From an uncultured Prevotella sp. (lineage in GTDB: Bacteria; Bacteroidota; Bacteroidia; Bacteroidales; Bacteroidaceae), in contig OMXK01000003.1 in assembly GCA_900314995.1 (NCBI GenBank), forward strand, positions 44,868 through 108,867: 64,000 nt of DNA, in the 5' to 3' direction. Within the stretch, counting starts at the first letter, position 1, and each line of letters opens with the position of its first letter. Shown here one piece after another: positions 57,921-64,000 of the stretch. The notes below the pieces were generated by a model. That model did no database searches, was not told the origin of the DNA, and saw only the letters and a list, made by a program, of their open reading frames with translations. Position numbers and translations under genes: made by a program.

Positions 57921-58742
57921 TTATTTAATATTTGAGTTTTTTGTCCTGATGATATCAAACAGATAGGTAAACTTCACCACGATATTGCCGAAGTTGGAAC
58001 GGCCGAAATAGTCGCGCTTCGTTGCACCATACATATTGCCCAGACCATAATAGTAACGGCCCTCCAGCAGGAAATGCCCCAGACGGCGGTTGCTGAACTC
58101 GAGACCCAGTCCACCCGTAATGCCATAATCAAACTTGTTCTCGACTGCCATCGAGTCTTGAGCCACCACTTGCGATACACGGACGCCACGATACTTGTAG
58201 TCGGGATTCGGCTGTTGGTAGGTACCTGGATTAAATGCCGGGTCATGCACGTCGAAGTTCGACTCGGACTTATCACTCAGGAAAAAGCCGAATTGGGGAC
58301 CTATCTGGAAAAAGGCCTGGAATCCTTTACGTTCTCTTCCCCACCCCAGTCTTGCCAGTAAGGGAATCTGCACATAGTTCATCTGCCGCTGATAGCGCAA
58401 TGTCTGTGTCGGATCGGTATGCAGTGCCACGGGCTGGTCTTTCACATCCAGGATATTCTCTTTCCAGCCTATCTGCGAATAGTTTACTTCAGCCACCAAT
58501 GCACAGATGCTTTTGAAATATTTCTCACATGTATAGCGCATCGTCACACCAGCGGTCATGCCGCCAATCATCCCTTGGGGTACAGTAGGCATAAAGGCGA
58601 CATTACTCAATACGTAGCCACCGTTCACACCAACGGCCAGATCTCTTCTGTACTCACCGACCTGGGCAACAGCCGTTGCAATGAAAAAATGAAAAAATGA
58701 AAAGATGATAATAAAACGTCTCATATATCTTCCATTCTTCAT
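57921..58742 (-). CDS. Outer-membrane beta-barrel (porin family/PorT-like) protein
   Basis: Signal peptide, alternating beta strands, YVQIPLL, EGRYYYGL; start 58742 or 58724. Confidence 0.75.
   Translation of the reverse strand: MKNGRYMRRFIIIFSFFHFFIATAVAQVGEYRRDLAVGVNGGYVLSNVAFMPTVPQGMIGGMTAGVTMRYTCEKYFKSICALVAEVNYSQIGWKENILDVKDQPVALHTDPTQTLRYQRQMNYVQIPLLARLGWGRERKGFQAFFQIGPQFGFFLSDKSESNFDVHDPAFNPGTYQQPNPDYKYRGVRVSQVVAQDSMAVENKFDYGITGGLGLEFSNRRLGHFLLEGRYYYGLGNMYGATKRDYFGRSNFGNIVVKFTYLFDIIRTKNSNIK
58681..58704. repeat. Three 8-bp tandem units (ATGAAAAA)2-ATGAAAAG inside the porin signal peptide
   Basis: Encodes FSFFHFFI on the minus strand. Confidence 0.7.
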
Positions 58743-58744
58743 TT

Positions 58745-60148
58745 TTAGAACCTGATGGTTTCTACCAGATGGTCTGGCTTATAGTGTACGAAAAGAAATG
58801 CCCTGTTCCTCAGACCGCCATTGCCATAGCGTTCAAACTGCAACGGGGTCTGTACAGGCGGATAGCCAAACATACCGGCAGCACCATTGAAGGTCTTGCC
58901 ATACTTATGCAATCCCCTCAGGAAGAAGTAGGCATGGTCGAAACCAGTCAAGGCAAAGCGCGGCAACTGCGACGGCATGTCTGCACGGAAATTCCTACGG
59001 TACTTCTGCTGAAGCCGCTGCGTGGCGGGCGACAGCGGGTTATAATAGAATACCGACGGGATATAGGTATCAAACTTATACAGGTTTTCCAGGTAGCGGC
59101 TGGTGTACATCAACCAGTCAGTATAGCCAAACATTGTTATCTCAAGCTCGGGATATTTCACCTTCATACCATTCAGCTTCGAGAAAGCGATGCCTAGTTC
59201 CTGCGAACGGCCTGTGTTCAGGATCACCACGTTACGCTTCGTCGTACTGAACGACTTGAAGAAAGCATCCTCTGTCGATTTCAGGTTCGTCACCTTATAC
59301 TCAATATTATGCAGTTCCAACTGTCGGCGAAGCCCCGAGGTGAAGTTCCCCTTCCTGCTCGTCGAGTCGTTACAGTCGATAATCACAGGATGGTAATCCT
59401 TGAATCGCTCCATGAAATGGTTAATAGTAGCCTCGTTGATCTCCGTTGGCGATTGCCATACCTGGAAGATATTACGGTTGGTTGTCAACTGTGGGGCATT
59501 GATCGAGAACGGGATCAGCAGTCGGATATCATAATACTTCACAAACTCCGAGAGTACGTCCATCTGCTTGGAGTAGAGCGGTCCGATAATCAAGTCGCAT
59601 CGTGTAGCTGCATCGTCGAGCAGCACGGGACGGATATCCGCGTCGTCTGGCGTGTTCCATGCATGCACATCGACACTGATGCCCATTTTCTTCAGACTGT
59701 CGCAGGCCATCAGCACGCCACGGTAATACTCCACCATGCGCTTGCCGTCGCCGTTGATATCGTGCAGCGGCAGCATCACCCCCAGACGGATGGCTCTGTT
59801 CCTCACGTCATCGTCTTCTTTCTTTGCGGTCTGGGGTGCCACCTCTGTCTGATGGCTCTGCGTCACCTGCTGACTCTGGTTCACCTGTTGGGGCTGGGCA
59901 CTATGCTTCGAGAAGGGAATCTTTATTTCCATTCCCTTTTTCAACTCGAAGTCGGGCATCCTCATCTCGGGATTGGCCTCAATCAGTTCGTCGATGGTGA
60001 TCTCATACATTCTGGAGATGCCGAAGATGGTCTCCTTACGTTTCACTTTATGCAATCCGCGGATGGCAGGTCCATCCTGAGCCAAGACGATACCGGCACC
60101 CACAAACAGCAGCGCAAACAACAAAAAATATCTTAAAACACGTGTCAT
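58745..60148 (-). CDS. LysM-domain protein with periplasmic-binding-protein-like C-terminal domain
   Basis: Signal peptide; HKVKRKETIFGISRMYEITIDELIEANPE (LysM); GVMLPL, YYRGVLMA, LIIGP, TGFD. Confidence 0.88.
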   Translation of the reverse strand: MTRVLRYFLLFALLFVGAGIVLAQDGPAIRGLHKVKRKETIFGISRMYEITIDELIEANPEMRMPDFELKKGMEIKIPFSKHSAQPQQVNQSQQVTQSHQTEVAPQTAKKEDDDVRNRAIRLGVMLPLHDINGDGKRMVEYYRGVLMACDSLKKMGISVDVHAWNTPDDADIRPVLLDDAATRCDLIIGPLYSKQMDVLSEFVKYYDIRLLIPFSINAPQLTTNRNIFQVWQSPTEINEATINHFMERFKDYHPVIIDCNDSTSRKGNFTSGLRRQLELHNIEYKVTNLKSTEDAFFKSFSTTKRNVVILNTGRSQELGIAFSKLNGMKVKYPELEITMFGYTDWLMYTSRYLENLYKFDTYIPSVFYYNPLSPATQRLQQKYRRNFRADMPSQLPRFALTGFDHAYFFLRGLHKYGKTFNGAAGMFGYPPVQTPLQFERYGNGGLRNRAFLFVHYKPDHLVETIRF

Positions 60149-60175
60149 ATTTTCAAAAATTACGAATTTCGCCTA

Positions 60176-60235
60176 CAAAAGTACAAAATAATTGTGAAAT
60201 GGTAATTATGAATTATGAATTATTTACTATCTTTG
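60176..60235. promoter_or_regulatory. Divergent -7 elements TACTTTTG (minus, 60176-60183) and TATCTTTG (plus, 60228-60235) with (AATTATG)n heptamers between
   Basis: Exact TAnnTTTG matches; AATTATG AATTATG AATTAT at 60204-60223. Confidence 0.6.
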
Positions 60236-60254
60236 CACTTTAAAGCATACGAAA

Positions 60255-60935
60255 ATGAAGATAAAACAGTTGATTCTGGCCTCTATGGCGGTTTTTCTGC
60301 CATATTTATGCCATGCACAGAGCATCTCGCCCTCTGCCGTTTATACCAATGACGAAGGTGCCCAGACCGAGTCCCACGATAACATAGCCGGACAAGCCCC
60401 GTTGAGTGTCAATTTCTACGCCAATCCTTCCGATATGGACGGGCTTGACCCCATCTATGAGTGGCATTTCCGTCTGACGGGCGAAGAGAAGGATATGATG
60501 GTGCGCTATGAAGAGAACACCGACTATACCTTTACGAATGCCGGTGTCACCCGCGTCACGCTGATTGTTAAGATAAACGGCAATACAGAAGTACTCGACT
60601 CAGCGACCTTCGTCGTAACCGTCAGCGAGAGTAAGCTCATCTTTCCAAATGCTTTCTCCCCTAACGGTGATGAAAAGAACCCAACCTTCAGGCCCAAGGA
60701 GTATCAGAGCCTCGTGGAGTTCCATGCATATATCTTCAACCGCTGGGGACACAAGCTCTATGAGTGGACGGATCCCAGTGCCGACGGCTGGGACGGCACC
60801 TTCAACGGCAAGCCTGTCAAGGACGGTGTCTACTTCCTCCTCTGCAAGGCTAAAGGTGCCGACGGACGCGTCTACAACATCCGCAAAGACGTCAATCTGC
60901 TGCGCGGCTATATAGAAACCATCGATCACGAATAA
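60255..60935 (+). CDS. Secreted protein with T9SS type-B (CHU_C / gliding-motility-associated) C-terminal domain
   Basis: Signal peptide, PKD/Ig-like segment, [10 protein letters not shown]…IFNRWG…GWDG…DGVYF. Confidence 0.88.
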   Translation: MKIKQLILASMAVFLPYLCHAQSISPSAVYTNDEGAQTESHDNIAGQAPLSVNFYANPSDMDGLDPIYEWHFRLTGEEKDMMVRYEENTDYTFTNAGVTRVTLIVKINGNTEVLDSATFVVTVSESKLIFPNAFSPNGDEKNPTFRPKEYQSLVEFHAYIFNRWGHKLYEWTDPSADGWDGTFNGKPVKDGVYFLLCKAKGADGRVYNIRKDVNLLRGYIETIDHE

Positions 60936-60939
60936 TCCC

Positions 60940-63762
60940 ATGAAACGAGAAGACGATAAGATCAATGTGTACGGAGCCCGCGTACATAATCTGAAGAATA
61001 TTGATGTGGAGATCCCACGCCAGTCACTGACCGTCATTACCGGTCTCAGCGGCTCAGGCAAGTCATCGCTGGCCTTCGACACCATCTTTGCCGAGGGACA
61101 GCGCCGTTATATCGAGACTTTCTCTGCCTATGCCCGCAATTTCCTCGGAGGCATGGAACGGCCTGACGTCGATAAGATTACCGGTCTCTCGCCCGTCATC
61201 AGCATCGAACAGAAGACCACGAACAAGAATCCCCGTTCCACCGTTGGCACCACTACGGAGATCTACGACTATATGCGTCTGCTCTATGCCCGTGCAGGAC
61301 GTGCCTATAGTTACGCCACAGGTGAGGAGATGGTCAAATACACAGAAGAGAAAGTGCTCGACATGATCCTGAACGACTATGCCGGCAAGCGCATTTTCAT
61401 TCTCGCCCCTCTGGTCAAGAGCCGAAAGGGTCACTATCGCGAACTCTTCGAGTCGATGCGGCGCAAGGGCTACCTGAACATCCGCGTTGACGGTGAACTC
61501 ATGGAGATCACCCGAGGCATGAAGGTGGACCGTTATAAGAACCACGACATCGAGGTAGTCATCGACAAGCTGCAGGTCTCCGATAAGGACGAGGAGCGCC
61601 TGAAGAAGTCTGTTGCCATTGCCATGAAACAGGGTGAAGGGCTGGTCATGATTCTCGACAAAGACACGGGTGCCGTCAAGCATTTCTCCAAACGGCTGAT
61701 GTGTCCGACGACGGGCATAAGCTACTCAGACCCGGCGCCTAACAACTTTTCGTTCAACTCCCCCCAAGGGGCTTGTCCTCACTGTAAAGGTCTGGGCGTC
61801 ATCAATCAGATCGACCTCTCGAAAGTCATCCCCGACCGTCGTCAGAGCATCCACGAAGGCGGTATCGTCCCCCTCGGGAAATACAAGAACCAGATGATCT
61901 TCTGGCAGGTAGAGGCCATCCTGAAGAAATATGATTTTGACTTGAAGACACCTATCGAAGACATCCCCGAAGAGGCTCTTCGCGAAGTGCTTTACGGCTC
62001 TCTGGAGAACGTGCGCATCGACAAGGATCTTGTCCACACCTCCAGCGACTATTATGTCTCTTTCGACGGTATCATCAAGTACCTGCGCAACGTGATGGAC
62101 AACGATGACAGTACGGCCGGCCAGAAGTGGGCCGATCAGTTCCTTGCAGAATGTGAGTGCCCGGAGTGTCACGGACAGCGACTGAACCGTGAAGCCCTTT
62201 CCTATCGTGTCTGGGACAAGAACATCGCCGAACTCGCGTCGATGGATCTCACCGAACTGCGTGAGTGGCTCGACGAGGTGGAGCAGCACCTCGACCACCA
62301 GCAACAGCAGATTGCACATGAGATCCTGAAGGAGATACGTACCCGTCTTGACTTCCTGCTCGAAGTGGGTCTCGACTACCTGGCCCTCAATCGCCAGTCG
62401 GCCTCCCTCTCGGGCGGTGAGAGCCAGCGCATCCGTCTGGCCACGCAGATAGGTTCCCAGCTCGTCAATGTGCTCTATATCCTCGACGAGCCCTCCATTG
62501 GCCTCCACCAGCGCGACAACGAGCGTCTGATCCATTCGCTCAAGGAACTGCGCGACCTGGGCAATACGGTCATCGTGGTGGAGCACGATCAGGACATGAT
62601 GCTTAATGCCGACTATATCGTGGATATCGGTCCCCGCGCTGGGCGCAAGGGCGGTGAGGTGGTTTTCCAGGGCACCCCCAAGGAAATGCTCAAGACCGAC
62701 ACCATCACGGCCCAGTACCTCAACGGTCAGCAGCAGATCGCCATTCCCGCCAAGCGACGCAAAGGCAGCGGCAAGAGTCTCGTGCTGAAAGGCTGCACGG
62801 GCAACAACCTCAAGCATGTCGATGTAGAATTCCCCCTGGGCAAGCTCATCCTCGTCACGGGTGTCTCCGGCTCCGGCAAGTCCACCCTCATCAACGAGAC
62901 GCTGCAGCCCATCCTCTCGCAACACTTCTATCACTCGCTGAAGGCTCCCATGCCTTACGACAGCATTGAGGGACTTGAGTATATAGATAAGGTTGTCAAT
63001 GTCGACCAGAGCCCCATCGGCCGAACGCCCCGCTCCAATCCTGCCACCTATACGGGCGTCTTCTCCGATATCCGCAGCCTGTTCGTCAACCTTCCCGAGG
63101 CCAAGATCCGTGGCTACAAGCCCGGGCGCTTCTCCTTCAATGTGAAAGGCGGACGCTGTGAGACCTGTGGCGGCAACGGCTACAAGACCATCGAGATGAA
63201 CTTCCTGCCCGATATCCAGGTGCCCTGCGAGGAGTGTCATGGCAAGCGCTACAACCGTGAGACGCTTGAGGTGCGCTACAAGGGCAAGTCGATAGCCGAC
63301 GTGCTCGACATGACCATCAACCAGGCTGTAGAGTTCTTCGAGAACGTGCCCGACATCCTCCGCAAGATCAAGACCATTCAGGAAGTAGGCTTGGGCTATA
63401 TCAAACTAGGCCAGCCCTCCACCACCCTCTCCGGCGGTGAGAGCCAGCGCGTAAAGCTCGCCACCGAACTCTCGAAGAAGGATACGGGTAAGACCCTGTA
63501 TATCCTCGACGAACCGACGACAGGACTGCATTTCGAGGATATCCGCATCCTGATGGATGTACTCCAGAAGCTTGTGGATCGCGGCAACACGGTCATCATC
63601 ATCGAGCATAACCTCGATGTCATCAAGCTGGCCGACTGGATTATCGACATGGGACCCGAGGGCGGTCGCAAGGGAGGCCAAGTGCTCTCCACCGGTACCC
63701 CCGAAGAGGTGGCCAAGTCGAAGAAAGGCTACACCCCGAAGTTCCTCAAGTCTAGTGTTTGA
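60940..63762 (+). CDS. uvrA: Excinuclease ABC subunit A
   Basis: [18 protein letters not shown], two ABC domains with LSGGE signatures, CxxC zinc fingers. Confidence 0.98.
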   Translation: MKREDDKINVYGARVHNLKNIDVEIPRQSLTVITGLSGSGKSSLAFDTIFAEGQRRYIETFSAYARNFLGGMERPDVDKITGLSPVISIEQKTTNKNPRSTVGTTTEIYDYMRLLYARAGRAYSYATGEEMVKYTEEKVLDMILNDYAGKRIFILAPLVKSRKGHYRELFESMRRKGYLNIRVDGELMEITRGMKVDRYKNHDIEVVIDKLQVSDKDEERLKKSVAIAMKQGEGLVMILDKDTGAVKHFSKRLMCPTTGISYSDPAPNNFSFNSPQGACPHCKGLGVINQIDLSKVIPDRRQSIHEGGIVPLGKYKNQMIFWQVEAILKKYDFDLKTPIEDIPEEALREVLYGSLENVRIDKDLVHTSSDYYVSFDGIIKYLRNVMDNDDSTAGQKWADQFLAECECPECHGQRLNREALSYRVWDKNIAELASMDLTELREWLDEVEQHLDHQQQQIAHEILKEIRTRLDFLLEVGLDYLALNRQSASLSGGESQRIRLATQIGSQLVNVLYILDEPSIGLHQRDNERLIHSLKELRDLGNTVIVVEHDQDMMLNADYIVDIGPRAGRKGGEVVFQGTPKEMLKTDTITAQYLNGQQQIAIPAKRRKGSGKSLVLKGCTGNNLKHVDVEFPLGKLILVTGVSGSGKSTLINETLQPILSQHFYHSLKAPMPYDSIEGLEYIDKVVNVDQSPIGRTPRSNPATYTGVFSDIRSLFVNLPEAKIRGYKPGRFSFNVKGGRCETCGGNGYKTIEMNFLPDIQVPCEECHGKRYNRETLEVRYKGKSIADVLDMTINQAVEFFENVPDILRKIKTIQEVGLGYIKLGQPSTTLSGGESQRVKLATELSKKDTGKTLYILDEPTTGLHFEDIRILMDVLQKLVDRGNTVIIIEHNLDVIKLADWIIDMGPEGGRKGGQVLSTGTPEEVAKSKKGYTPKFLKSSV

Positions 63763-63779
63763 TGAAACGGCCCTTTCGA

Positions 63780-64000
63780 ATGAGACGATTGCCATTTATT
63801 CTCCTTTGCCTGTGGGTGCTCTGCATGCTGATAGGGTGTGAGAGCGGCGAGCAGCAGCGACTCCAGCTAGAGCAGCTGGAGCAGCAGAACCGTGCTGGTG
63901 AGCAGCTGTTGAACGACTCACTGGCCGAAGACCTTGTTGAGTATTTCGACAGACATGGCGATGCCAACGAGCGTATGCGCGCCAGGTACATGCTGGGCCG
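63780..64000 (+). CDS. Putative lipoprotein (TPR-like), 5' part; runs off the right edge
   Basis: MRRLPFILLCLWVLCMLIGC lipobox, then …NDSLAEDLVEYFDRHGDANERMRARYMLG helical repeat. Confidence 0.7.
   Translation, partial: MRRLPFILLCLWVLCMLIGCESGEQQRLQLEQLEQQNRAGEQLLNDSLAEDLVEYFDRHGDANERMRARYMLG

Noticed and set aside
59309-60136. 275-aa plus-strand ORF opposite the LysM gene
   Set aside because: Shadow ORF fully overlapping a well-supported CDS
61726-63240. 504-aa minus-strand ORF opposite uvrA
   Set aside because: Antisense shadow of a GC-rich conserved gene; no recognisable motifs
63752-63991. 79-aa minus-strand ORF at the right edge
   Set aside because: Shadow of the plus-strand lipoprotein starting at 63780

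Overview
Bacteroidota chromosomal window, most likely a Prevotella-type organism. This is inferred from TAnnTTTG -7 promoter boxes before most transcription units, a T9SS type-B C-terminal sorting domain, and the DUF3078/DUF1573/DUF1846 families. It opens with the 5' part of xylB (minus strand), divergent from a ~38 kb surface/exopolysaccharide locus (937-39202). The locus has a co-oriented core: stand-alone receiver, pseudo-receiver-fused priming glycosyltransferase, half-size TolC-like protein, Wzc/GumC-like co-polymerase with a degenerate kinase domain, Wzy/ligase-like protein, and three GT2s, two with QxxRW. A mosaic, mixed-orientation middle follows, then a + strand acetyltransferase-GT4 pair. 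In total the locus has 18 GT2/GT4 genes (six are AmsD-like paralogs), 7 acyl/acetyltransferases, a Wzx flippase, an orphan DPPR-synthase-type UbiA, a GINT1-N-like beta-propeller, and no nucleotide-sugar biosynthesis genes. Inside it sits an orphan 281-aa ORF with a structured ~135-nt leader and three downstream 22-bp-period palindromic repeats. The remainder is housekeeping: two small putative DNA-binding proteins, aspS, DUF1573, DUF3078, a yidC-S9 peptidase-MFS-DUF1846-MFS-EptA-like run, a LysM-porin-POT-NhaC-EEP operon, a T9SS substrate, uvrA and the start of a lipoprotein. No rRNA, tRNA, CRISPR array, transposase or integrase was recognised. Family assignments come from motif recognition by eye, not database searches.
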